IMG/VR virus record: IMGVR_UViG_3300042879_003566
Location: 16,458 to 80,457 of that record
Reading direction: 5' to 3' (one strand)
DNA from: a virus
DNA: 64,000 nt
The position numbers were made by a program, and so were the translations under genes. The notes under the pieces are model-generated. The model saw only the letters and a list, made by a program, of their open reading frames with translations, searched no databases and was not told the DNA's origin. This document shows, one piece after another, positions 26,225 through 35,021 of this stretch; the stretch's first letter is position 1, and every line of letters begins with the position of its first letter.

Positions 26225-26269
26225 AGCCTGGGACTTACGCACCGAGCTGGCGTCGGTACTGCCCAGGCT
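26225..26269 (-). ncRNA. hairpin motif B
   Basis: AGCCTGGGCA-GTACCGA...TCGGTGC-GTAAGT-CCCAGGCT. Confidence 0.65.
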
Positions 26270-26301
26270 ATTTGTAGTACTGACGTACTAACGGACGTGG
26301 G

Positions 26302-26724
26302 TCAAACCTTGACGTGAGACCAAGCTTTGCCCTTGTGGATATTGGAGATGGTGTGTTGGCTAACGCCGTACGCCTTACCGATCTCGATGTACGCACGATT
26401 GGTGCTCTTGAATTCCTTCATGATTGAAGGCGTTGCAAGGACACCTTTGATCTCGCGGACATCGCTCTCGCTGAGCTTGGCATTGCAGAAGGCAGCTGGC
26501 TTAATTCTCCCGGAGAATTCGCCGCTTGTGATCTTCTTAACCAATGCCATCTCACCGTCCTGCTGGAGAGCAGGCCGAGGCGTGGTATTGAGAACCTGAC
26601 GGATGGGTAGACCAAGAGTCACAGAAGTTCCGTCTTTTATGACGGAGATCGTGACCTTGCCTTCTCGGGTGATAACCGAGACGTGATCAGGGTTCTGGAT
26701 GTCGAGTTGACTGATGGCTTCCAT
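26302..26724 (-). CDS. protein with C-terminal HTH related to that of 20421..20765
   Basis: NAKLSESDVREIK...IGKAYGVSQHTISNIHKGKAWSHV. Confidence 0.6.
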   Translation of the reverse strand: MEAISQLDIQNPDHVSVITREGKVTISVIKDGTSVTLGLPIRQVLNTTPRPALQQDGEMALVKKITSGEFSGRIKPAAFCNAKLSESDVREIKGVLATPSIMKEFKSTNRAYIEIGKAYGVSQHTISNIHKGKAWSHVKV

Positions 26725-26847
26725 GAGTTGAGTGGAGTGCAGTACGAGGATAGCTGGATGATTACTGGATGCAAGTACTAGGTCTAGTCCACAGCACACT
26801 CTCCCACGCCACCGGTAGTGGCGCAGGGGGGAGTGGGGACTGACCTT

Positions 26848-27204
26848 CTACCTCATGTAGAGGTAAGAGCCTGCCCAATCAGCATTGTGGAGACAAGCTT
26901 CGTAGGAGGCGTCATCCAGTAGTTGGTAGCGGACGTGAAGAGCTGGTGCCTTCCAGCTGGCGGGCTTATAGACTGCACCTGTCTCACGTGAGACAAATGC
27001 ATGTACAGATCGCCCGACACGTCCGGCACCAGAATTTGTGACTTGAATGATCTTGTAATACTTGGTACCACGAACAATCTCGTGGTTCAAGTAGTCAGGA
27101 TATTCTTCACGTTGTGGATACTGCTTGTAGTAACGCTTGGTTAGTACATCGATAACGGCATTGATGCGATCTTCGATGAGCTGCGTTTTCTCAGCGAGTT
27201 TCAT
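26848..27204 (-). CDS. conserved cyanophage-type hypothetical protein
   Basis: KYYKI...SVHAFV...TG.VYKPASWKAPA.HVRY; likely start MKLAEK. Confidence 0.7.
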   Translation of the reverse strand: MKLAEKTQLIEDRINAVIDVLTKRYYKQYPQREEYPDYLNHEIVRGTKYYKIIQVTNSGAGRVGRSVHAFVSRETGAVYKPASWKAPALHVRYQLLDDASYEACLHNADWAGSYLYMR

Positions 27205-27385
27205 GTTGAGTTTGCTGTGAGTGGATCTTGGTGATGTCGACGCCCAGTGCACCGCCAATCGTTAGTGCCATTACTGCAATAGCAAAGACACCAACGAGGA
27301 AGTTGGCTATGGGCATCTCATTTCGAGAACCATAAGAATCAAGTTGAACATACTGATTCTTGCCAAGTGAGACAATGCGTTTCAT
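27191..27385 (-). CDS. small membrane protein
   Basis: One TM segment, FLVGVFAIAVMALTIGGALGV. Confidence 0.55.
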   Translation of the reverse strand: MKRIVSLGKNQYVQLDSYGSRNEMPIANFLVGVFAIAVMALTIGGALGVDITKIHSQQTQHETR

Positions 27386-27410
27386 TAGAATAAGAATGAA
27401 GTGAACAGAG

Positions 27411-27484
27411 GCAGTCCTGGGTGAGGACTGCAGAAAACCCACCGCCGATACGAATTCGTATCAACGGAAGGGTTAAGTGCAGTC
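27411..27484 (-). ncRNA. motif C (alternative-pairing element), copy 1
   Basis: GACTGCA-CTTAACCC...GGGTTTTC-TGCAGTC-CTCACCCAG-GACTGC. Confidence 0.55.
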
Positions 27485-27485
27485 G

Positions 27486-27875
27486 TCAGAAAGGAATTTC
27501 TTCCAGCGTCGGCTCAACCTTGGATTCAGCCACTGGTGTGACTGCAGGCTTAGCCTCCGGTGATGCACCGATGACAGCACGGACTCGCGTCAGTGCAATC
27601 TCTGGATATTTGAGGGCTACCAGCTGGTCATCTTTGACGTAATGCGTGCGAATACTGGCGATCCGCACATCATACTGGACAAGGATCAGCTGCTGACCAA
27701 CCACCAACGTACCGTTGTTGTAGGCAGTAAGTAGCCCGTTGCCATTGTTGAATTTGATGCGGCAGACACCATCGAACTGGTCCTTGACATACATGGTGAT
27801 CGCAAGGAACTCGCGACCTTCATGCACAGCAGTTTCCATGTAAGCAATGTTGCCGATGATTGTGTTGCTAAACAT
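27486..27875 (-). CDS. SSB-like OB-fold protein
   Basis: N..IIGNI start, beta-rich core, acidic tail LEEIPF. Confidence 0.55.
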   Translation of the reverse strand: MFSNTIIGNIAYMETAVHEGREFLAITMYVKDQFDGVCRIKFNNGNGLLTAYNNGTLVVGQQLILVQYDVRIASIRTHYVKDDQLVALKYPEIALTRVRAVIGASPEAKPAVTPVAESKVEPTLEEIPF

Positions 27876-27898
27876 AATCAATGTGAAGTAAGGGACTA

Positions 27899-27951
27899 GC
27901 AGGAATGAATCCTGCAGGAAACCCTGGTGTTACTCAGGGTTAATTGCAAGA
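27899..27951 (-). ncRNA. motif C, copy 2
   Basis: TCTTGCA-ATTAACCC...GGGTTTCC-TGCAGGA-TTCAT-TCCTGC. Confidence 0.55.
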
Positions 27952-27952
27952 A

Positions 27953-28141
27953 TCAGTTGTTAGCAAGCTGTGTATACAACTTGCGGGCACCAGCGAGTGA
28001 GAGGCTGGTGCTTTGGTCGTAACCTTTGTGACCCTTGCGGATCAACTTGGTTACATGCGCCACATTTCCCTCCGTATACACGAAGAAGAAATAGATGGCT
28101 TGGTCCGTTTCAACTGCCAGGGTCTTATCAGGGTTAGACAT
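27953..28141 (-). CDS. hypothetical protein
   Basis: Start MSNPDK follows the ACACCACACC leader. Confidence 0.55.
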   Translation of the reverse strand: MSNPDKTLAVETDQAIYFFFVYTEGNVAHVTKLIRKGHKGYDQSTSLSLAGARKLYTQLANN

Positions 28142-28219
28142 GGTGTGGTGTTGAATGTGCCGTGCCCATCTCGGCGTTGGGCAATGGCTGGACCAGGGAT
28201 TGCACCTGGTCACTCGCTT

Positions 28220-28384
28220 CTACGAATCAGCTGTTGTCATGGGTAATTCACCAGTTGGTTCAATCGCCTTGGCGATCTGCACCCTGGTATTACGTATCCA
28301 CATCTGAATACGTTCTTTGCTCTGGTCTTCTGCTACTACCTTGGCAGCAGCGATCAGACCAGTTGCTAGCTTGGCTCGTAACAT
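28220..28384 (-). CDS. 54-aa protein, probable first gene of the leftward unit (not in ORF track)
   Basis: MLRAKLATGLIAAAKVVAEDQSKER..., with AGGAG upstream and motif B further upstream. Confidence 0.55.
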   Translation of the reverse strand: MLRAKLATGLIAAAKVVAEDQSKERIQMWIRNTRVQIAKAIEPTGELPMTTADS

Positions 28385-28414
28385 TGTGAACTCCTGGTTA
28401 AATCAATTGAATTG

Positions 28415-28447
28415 TTTGGACTTACCCGCGCTGTGCGCGGTGCCAAA
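28415..28447 (-). ncRNA. hairpin motif B
   Basis: TTTGGCA-CCGCGC-ACA-GCGCGG-GTAAGT-CCAAA. Confidence 0.65.
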
Positions 28448-28834
28448 TCAAAGTAAACTCAGTTACAATTGAAGTCTTATTCCAAGTGGTTGTTAAGTTA
28501 CAGTCTTTATCTGAAAGCTATTGCGGCGCGGGGCTTTCCCCAATTTCGAGCACGATATGAATTCGTATCAATCGATAAATTGCCACCGAATTGTGTTAGT
28601 TTCAACAAATTACTTGACAAATTTGCACTCTTAGTATCTAATTTGACCTGACCTTCACTACATCATGTGGAGCCATCACGCATTCTTTTTTTTCTCCCCA
28701 TAATTCGCTTCGGTCAGGTGGTGGGAGAAGCGTCAGGTAATTTTGTCCCCTATTTCGGGCTATAACGGGGCCTTACTTTTAAGTAAAAATGCATTTATGT
28801 AGTAAATATCACCACTTTTCCCAAATTTTTACAC

Positions 28835-28860
28835 AAAAAAGCCGGGGTCTATTCCCCGGC
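28835..28860 (-). terminator. intrinsic terminator
   Basis: Minus strand: GCCGGGG-AATAGA-CCCCGGC followed by TTTTTT, after ORF 28886..29098. Confidence 0.75.
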
Positions 28861-28885
28861 GTTAATTCAAAGTTTGGAAAATTTA

Positions 28886-29098
28886 TTATTCTCCCTTCTT
28901 TGCCTTGTATGCGAGCGTTGCACCCATTGCTTTTTTAAATGCTTCCTCATCGGGAAGCTCATAGGCCAGTTCTTTTTTAGCTGAAGTTACAAAATCACGC
29001 ACTTCAAACGAATCTTTCCCTTCTTGTGCCATTTGCATTGCCTTGTCTTTAATCTTTTCCAAGGCTTCGACACGTTTTTGGCGCGTTCCAGCTTCCAT
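28886..29098 (-). CDS. hypothetical protein
   Basis: 70-aa helical ORF followed by a terminator. Confidence 0.6.
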   Translation of the reverse strand: MEAGTRQKRVEALEKIKDKAMQMAQEGKDSFEVRDFVTSAKKELAYELPDEEAFKKAMGATLAYKAKKGE

Positions 29099-29207
29099 CC
29101 TTGGTGCAAATTGAATTATTCTTCAACTATAACGCCTACATTTCTTGGATTCATCAACAATAGAATGTTGACAGACAAAATAATCGGGCTATAAAGCCAT
29201 TAATGGC

Positions 29208-30650
29208 ATGACTCCTGCTGAATTAGCCGCTGCTTCGGCTTACCAACAAGAACAACAACGTTTAGCAGCGCAAAACCAGCAAGAACCGTCAAATATCCTG
29301 GACGTAATCGGAAAAATTGCGTTAGGCGCAGGTGTTGCCGCAGCCGGGACTCTGGGTGTTCGTCGTATGCTCCGTGGTGGAGCAGCAAAAGCAGCCACGC
29401 TGCAAGATGTAGCTTCTGCTGCCACTACTGGAGCGCCCAAAGCCAAAGAAGCGGTTGGTCGCCTTGGCGAAATTAATGAATACGTGCGGCAAGCAAGGAC
29501 AGAACGTCCGACTGGCATTGTTCAAGCCAAACTTCCTACAGTTTCTGAGCTTGTTGCAGCAGAAGAAGAGTATCGGGCGTTCCGTCCAGACATCAGAGAA
29601 GATCTTTCGCCCGCTGTACAAGAAGCCCGCAGACAACAAGCAACTTCTAACTTGCTTGCCCGGGCACAAAAGATGCGTGAACCGTATCAAATGTCATTAC
29701 CTGGCATTAATCCAACACTGATGGCAATCCGGGGGGCAGCGCAGGAGGTTGCCCCTAGCGTTGTTTATCAACCTGGGCCGTCGGTGCGTCTTTCTGCTGC
29801 ACCCAAACAACTTGGTATTTCTCTTGAGACTTTAACGTCTCAACAACAGGCAAATCTTCCTAATGTTTCTGCACACGCATCAAACGCCATTGGATCGGCA
29901 GAAGATCAAATTACAGGTAATGTGACGCGTGCTATCCAACGGAACGAAGATTTAAACCCTGAGCGTCTACAGCAAATTATGCAAGGTCGCAGGGAAGCGG
30001 CGGCTGCTCGTGGGCGTCGGGGTCCTGCAATAGAACGTTCTTTAATTTTTAGGCCGGAAGAACGTGCAGCCTTTGAACAAAGCGTTGCATTATCTCAACC
30101 AACACCAGAAATTACTGTGCCGACCATTGGCGCACCCGGCGCTGAAGGCATGGGATTACTTGAGACTGGTGCCGTAACTGGCTCTCGCTCCAGCGTTATC
30201 AGCCAAGGTGCAAGTAATACATCTGTTCGCGGTATTTCTCGTGTTTCTTACGACTTGAGCACACGCAATCCAAGCACACAAGAATTTGAAGAACTTGGTG
30301 GTGGCATTGGCGTTTATGGTGTTGAACCTGCTTATGCCTCTGGTGCAGTCAAAAAAGAAACCGGTGAGTACACTCCGACTGCAACACGCAAACCCACTGA
30401 TCTTCCCCCTAGCTCCAAACGCTCTTTCCCTGAGGGGGTGATGTCACCCTTTGCCAAAATGTCGGACGAAGAGTTGGGCATGATGAGCATGGTGGGCGAA
30501 GGGGCCGAGGCACAAGCCGCACAACAGATGTTGAACCGTCGCCAGAATTTGGATTTAAACAGGGAGATAGATAGAATATATAAATCAAATCCCCGTGAGC
30601 GGGCCCAACAACTCGTCTCTGATCTTTTAGATACCTTAAAGGGTGAATAA
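29208..30650 (+). CDS. putative internal virion protein (Ala/Gln/Pro-rich)
   Basis: 480 aa; first gene of the rightward unit; TAGAAT at 29161. Confidence 0.6.
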   Translation: MTPAELAAASAYQQEQQRLAAQNQQEPSNILDVIGKIALGAGVAAAGTLGVRRMLRGGAAKAATLQDVASAATTGAPKAKEAVGRLGEINEYVRQARTERPTGIVQAKLPTVSELVAAEEEYRAFRPDIREDLSPAVQEARRQQATSNLLARAQKMREPYQMSLPGINPTLMAIRGAAQEVAPSVVYQPGPSVRLSAAPKQLGISLETLTSQQQANLPNVSAHASNAIGSAEDQITGNVTRAIQRNEDLNPERLQQIMQGRREAAAARGRRGPAIERSLIFRPEERAAFEQSVALSQPTPEITVPTIGAPGAEGMGLLETGAVTGSRSSVISQGASNTSVRGISRVSYDLSTRNPSTQEFEELGGGIGVYGVEPAYASGAVKKETGEYTPTATRKPTDLPPSSKRSFPEGVMSPFAKMSDEELGMMSMVGEGAEAQAAQQMLNRRQNLDLNREIDRIYKSNPRERAQQLVSDLLDTLKGE

Positions 30651-30652
30651 AA

Positions 30653-30874
30653 ATGGCTGAAAAAAAGAAAGAAAAAAAGTGGATCCAAGGCATGGACATG
30701 AAGGAAGGGGCCTTCACTGCCAAAGCTAAGAAGAAAGGGATTACTACCGCTCAGCTCCAAGAAAACGTGCTGGCCAATCCCGATAAGTACGATGAAAAAA
30801 CGGTGAAGCAAGCGCGTCTTCGCCAAACGCTGGTAGGATTAAAAAAGAAAAAGAAAGAAAAGTCTGAGGGCTGA
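30653..30874 (+). CDS. Lys-rich small protein
   Basis: KWIQ...K.GAFTAKAKK.G...KQARL.QTL. Confidence 0.7.
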   Translation: MAEKKKEKKWIQGMDMKEGAFTAKAKKKGITTAQLQENVLANPDKYDEKTVKQARLRQTLVGLKKKKKEKSEG

Positions 30875-31527
30875 TGGCTAAAGACGCCAGGCTTGATCTA
30901 GGCCGTTATATTCAAAACCCTTTTAATCGACGCGGTGAAATTGGTAAGCGTCTAGATTTTGATGATCTGTTTCGGGCCAAACCTGAAACCGGTGACTATC
31001 CCTGGAACCCGTCAAGATTCAATGAACACGACCTTTTAAAGCGTTCAATGACACGTAAGGTCACCTTAAACCCTGACCTTAACTTTGTAGGTAATACCCC
31101 GTTTTTTGACGACGCCGATTCTGGGGCAGACTTCCAGGTATTTGAAGGCTTGGGTCGTTTTAACCGTCCGGAAGATTATGACTTTAATGAGGGACGTGCA
31201 CGTACAACCCAACGCCCTCAAGATCAACCAGACTTTAATCCCACCTGGATAGAAGCTTACAAAATTAGTCCAACTCTTAATCCTGGCAAGATGGCAAAAA
31301 ATCCAATGCCACGCTTGCGTAATCCAGATCCCAACGGTTACCTCATGGCAATGGCTGAGAAACGTGTGGAGAGTGAGGCGGAAGATAAACCGTCAATTGC
31401 TCAGCTGTTAGATCGTCAAGGCCTTATTAAAAAAGAACAGGCCCAAGCTGAAGAACGGCAAGGTGAAAAAACCGTTGATGCAGAACAAGTAGAAACAAAC
31501 GTTTCTCCTGGTAAAAGCCAAGGGTAA
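30874..31527 (+). CDS. hypothetical protein
   Basis: 217-aa ORF with TGATG coupling. Confidence 0.7.
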   Translation: MAKDARLDLGRYIQNPFNRRGEIGKRLDFDDLFRAKPETGDYPWNPSRFNEHDLLKRSMTRKVTLNPDLNFVGNTPFFDDADSGADFQVFEGLGRFNRPEDYDFNEGRARTTQRPQDQPDFNPTWIEAYKISPTLNPGKMAKNPMPRLRNPDPNGYLMAMAEKRVESEAEDKPSIAQLLDRQGLIKKEQAQAEERQGEKTVDAEQVETNVSPGKSQG

Positions 31528-31560
31528 CCACCGATAAAATACAAATAACAAGGAGATAAC

Positions 31561-32184
31561 ATGATTCAACTTGCGGGTAGATTTCTTAATGCAGCCAGAA
31601 GTTCGCCGCAAGTTCAACGGTTTCTTGCTGGTGGCGGTAAGGAGTTAATTGGTTCCTCGGTGCCGGGTGCCGTGTTAACCGGTGGTTTATCTGCGCTGTC
31701 CACAGGAAATCCCCTCGCAGGCTTGGTGGTTGGTGCAGCCGACCTGGTTACGAGCTCGGCACTTGCCCGTGGCCTTGGCAGCAAAACACTAGGTACTGCT
31801 TTAGAAAGAGCCGGGGCTCCAAAGGCGGCCACTGCATTGGCAGGTCGCTACGAAACCATTGTCCCGCAAGGGGGCAAAGCAGTTACTCGCTATTCGCCAA
31901 GTACACCGCAACACATTGCGATGGGCGTTGGAAGCATTGGTTCTACCTTGATGCTTGAACCGCTTTTCCATCAAGCTGGCGCCGATCAACTAGCACAACA
32001 GCCGTATGTTGCAAGTCAAACCGCAACAGCTGATCAACAAATGTTACAGCGTGATTTAGTTAATAGGCTGCACGCTCAACAGCAGTTATCACCGGGCACC
32101 ATGTATCAACTCCAGGGTTTGCCTGAGCGTATGGAAACTCCTTATGAGCTTGATCCATATATGCTCTCGGGAGGAAATATGTAA
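31561..32184 (+). CDS. putative ejection/internal virion protein
   Basis: Gly/Ala-rich hydrophobic segments; AGGAG RBS. Confidence 0.6.
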   Translation: MIQLAGRFLNAARSSPQVQRFLAGGGKELIGSSVPGAVLTGGLSALSTGNPLAGLVVGAADLVTSSALARGLGSKTLGTALERAGAPKAATALAGRYETIVPQGGKAVTRYSPSTPQHIAMGVGSIGSTLMLEPLFHQAGADQLAQQPYVASQTATADQQMLQRDLVNRLHAQQQLSPGTMYQLQGLPERMETPYELDPYMLSGGNM

Positions 32185-33152
32185 TGGCGCCGCAAGTTAA
32201 ATTTGCTAATCCAACAAAACTTACGGAATTTATTGGTGCCACTGTCGGCAAAATTATTCCGCAATCGGTGAAGGCAGGTTTTGCCACGGGTGTTGAAACC
32301 ATGGCAGAACAGAAGGCACTCTCTCCTTCTACCCGTTACTCGGTTTTTTCTTCCAAGTTTCCTCAGCAACTGGCAGAAAAAGGTGTGACCATTGGCCAAA
32401 AACCTGGCGAGTTTCTGGGTGCTTATGCCGCACGTGTATTAACTGATATTGGTAGTGATTCGTCACGCCAGGTGTATTGGCGCTACAACCATCCGATGGC
32501 GCTTGCTGATCGCGCTGTAGAGCAAATTGCAGGCACAGCATATGGTGATTTAGATCCCACGCAAAAAGCATTAGTTGGCCTAGCGGTCGGCGCTCCGGTT
32601 GCTGCTTCTCTTGGAACAATGGATCTTACAAATCCTGGCGAGTTGTTCCGCCCCAAGGGATTCTCGCAAAGCTATGCAGAAGAGGGTTCGCAAGATCGAC
32701 GGGAAACAGCTCAACCAGGGCTTGAGTTTGTTGAGCGTGTCGTTCTGGGTCGTCAAGGGCGCCCCTTAAAATATGAAACGGCGCAAGAAGATATTCCTTC
32801 TTTAACGCCTGAGCGTTATGGCAGATATATGCAAAATTATTACCAGGATCGTGGCTTAGCTGGTCTTGGCTTGGTCAAGTTCACCCCCGAAAACCTTGAG
32901 GGTTATCCCGAAGCCCGCATCGTTGGTTTCCCAGTTGGCCTCCAAGCAGTAGGCGCTGTTGCTGGTGGTGCTACCGCAATGCGTCAGGCATTAAAACAAC
33001 CGGGATTATCTACTGGCGGAAAAGCTGGTATTACTTTGGCCGGCTCTTTGATCGGTGCTGCAACAGGCAATTTAATTAATAAAGCAATTGCATCATCACA
33101 AAATCATCCAGAAAAACTTCCTTCTACGTATGAATACCAGCAAAACATGTAG
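32184..33152 (+). CDS. putative ejection/internal virion protein
   Basis: 322 aa with Gly/Ala hydrophobic stretches. Confidence 0.6.
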   Translation: MAPQVKFANPTKLTEFIGATVGKIIPQSVKAGFATGVETMAEQKALSPSTRYSVFSSKFPQQLAEKGVTIGQKPGEFLGAYAARVLTDIGSDSSRQVYWRYNHPMALADRAVEQIAGTAYGDLDPTQKALVGLAVGAPVAASLGTMDLTNPGELFRPKGFSQSYAEEGSQDRRETAQPGLEFVERVVLGRQGRPLKYETAQEDIPSLTPERYGRYMQNYYQDRGLAGLGLVKFTPENLEGYPEARIVGFPVGLQAVGAVAGGATAMRQALKQPGLSTGGKAGITLAGSLIGAATGNLINKAIASSQNHPEKLPSTYEYQQNM

Positions 33153-33191
33153 GCTGGTAAAATTAACTTATTAAAAGCAGATAACTTTAAG

Positions 33192-34001
33192 ATGGCTAAC
33201 GGTATTCCGGATCCCTGGTCAACGGCGGCCCAGGCTCCTTCTAGCCCTTTGTACGCTGCCCAAGGTGCTGCCACTTCTGGCATGGGGTTCCAGGATTTAC
33301 TGAACCGCTTAAAAGGTGTTGGTACAAAAGGTCTTGAAGCAGGTCGCCAGGCCGCTGGCGCCGCAACAACTCCCCTCGGCACTCGCGCAATCGGCTTGGC
33401 CGCTCCCGTTGCCGCAGGTGCAAGCAGCCTGATGCAAGGTGAAATTGCGAAAGGCGGTGGTGAGTTGGCTGGTGGTTTACTCGGTTATAAATTGACCGGT
33501 GGCTTAGCCTCTGCTGCTCAAACAGCAATGCCTGGTATTCGCGGCAAGATCGCTGGTGCTGGCATTCGCGCTCTCGGTGGTATTCTTGGCGGTGGCATTG
33601 GTGGCGGCGTCGCCGGTGGTGCTGCGCAGGCTGCACAAGACATCGTTGGTGGCGTTGAGCGCCGTCAGATGGGCGCTGGCGAATCCCCCACAGGCGTTAT
33701 CCCTGGCATTACCTCCAAGGGAGTTGAAGGGATCACAATGAATGATGTGCAACGGTTAATGATGCTTCAGCCCAAGATTGCTGAGCAGCTTATCCCGACA
33801 TACAACCGCATGCGCGACGCTGACATGAGCCGCCAGATGCAGTTGAATCAACAGATGGGTCAACTCACGGGTGCTCTTAACCAGCAACGCTTCATGGCTG
33901 AGCTTGCCGGCGGCGCTCAATCCGAGGCTGGCGCTACCACTCGCAGCATCTTGACCGCAGCCAATCCTTATGCAGCTTCTGCATTCCAATACAGGATTTG
34001 A
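33192..34001 (+). CDS. putative ejection/pilot protein (Gly-zipper)
   Basis: GGILGGGIGGGVAGG plus a Gln-rich C-terminus. Confidence 0.6.
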   Translation: MANGIPDPWSTAAQAPSSPLYAAQGAATSGMGFQDLLNRLKGVGTKGLEAGRQAAGAATTPLGTRAIGLAAPVAAGASSLMQGEIAKGGGELAGGLLGYKLTGGLASAAQTAMPGIRGKIAGAGIRALGGILGGGIGGGVAGGAAQAAQDIVGGVERRQMGAGESPTGVIPGITSKGVEGITMNDVQRLMMLQPKIAEQLIPTYNRMRDADMSRQMQLNQQMGQLTGALNQQRFMAELAGGAQSEAGATTRSILTAANPYAASAFQYRI

Positions 34002-34003
34002 TA

Positions 34004-34408
34004 ATGGAAAGTTTTTCCCTAGCCGGCAAGTATCCATTTTTAATGGATCCGGCTTTTCAAAAATTTTCTCCGGGTCTGCAAAAGCAAGTTTTTGCTGCTG
34101 AAACAGCAGGCAGTGAAACTAAAGCATTGACTGAGATGCTAGATCGCTTTAGCGATCCTGCGCGGATGCGCCAACAACTTCAGCTGGCTTCTGAATTTGA
34201 TGAGCGTCGCTTAAAAGAAGCTGGTAAGTACAAGCTTCTCTTCGATCTTCCCGCTCAAATTACCGCTGCTTACGCAATCCCCGGCGCAATTGAAGCACAA
34301 GGTGGGGTCAATGTTGCCAACATTATGACAAGCGCTGGGGCTACAATTCCAAATCTTGTCGACTATCAACGCGGTTCTTATAATTACACACCAAATCGTT
34401 ATTTCTAA
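34004..34408 (+). CDS. hypothetical virion protein
   Basis: Part of the same operon. Confidence 0.6.
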   Translation: MESFSLAGKYPFLMDPAFQKFSPGLQKQVFAAETAGSETKALTEMLDRFSDPARMRQQLQLASEFDERRLKEAGKYKLLFDLPAQITAAYAIPGAIEAQGGVNVANIMTSAGATIPNLVDYQRGSYNYTPNRYF

Positions 34409-34432
34409 TGTGAATGACATTAGACTGTAGAC

Positions 34433-35011
34433 ATGAGTGCTCCCGATTATTCTTCTATTTTTAGCAACTCAAAGTTTAATGCTTTTACACCAGTTGCTTT
34501 TGGTGAAAAAACCGGGAATTTAAGCAAAGCAGGAGGAGGAATGGCATTTGATCCCGTTACTTTAGGTCTAGGTGCTGCCAGCATTGGCGCTAGTCTCTTT
34601 GGTGCCGGCCAAGCTCGCCAAGCGCAAGCCAGTATTGCCAATGCCCAAATGGCAGCGGCAGCTGATCAACTCAAGTGGCAGACCATGCTGGCCCGTGATA
34701 CGGCCAAAGGTCAAATGGGTTCGGAAATCGGTTCTCGCGTTTTCCAAAGCACTGTTGCGCCTGATCTTGAGTTTGGTCGTCAACGGGAAGCCGCTATGTT
34801 TGCTGCTGGTCCCTTAGGTGAACGCCAGCTTGGTCTTGATGTTGAGCGTGCTCGGCGTCAATTTGGCCTAGAAGGTTCCGCTGAGGTGCGTGAAGCTAAG
34901 CAACGCGCAAATCGGGATGCCCTAAAGCAATCTTTGGCAGAAAGAGAAGCCACAATGGCTGGCATGTTTGGTCGTATTGCTCCACGTGAAGTGGGCACAT
35001 TCTTTGTGTAG
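34433..35011 (+). CDS. putative ejection/pilot protein
   Basis: DPVTLGLGAASIGASLFG followed by an Ala/Gln coiled coil, typical of internal virion proteins. Confidence 0.6.
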   Translation: MSAPDYSSIFSNSKFNAFTPVAFGEKTGNLSKAGGGMAFDPVTLGLGAASIGASLFGAGQARQAQASIANAQMAAAADQLKWQTMLARDTAKGQMGSEIGSRVFQSTVAPDLEFGRQREAAMFAAGPLGERQLGLDVERARRQFGLEGSAEVREAKQRANRDALKQSLAEREATMAGMFGRIAPREVGTFFV

Positions 35012-35021
35012 GAGTTAAATC

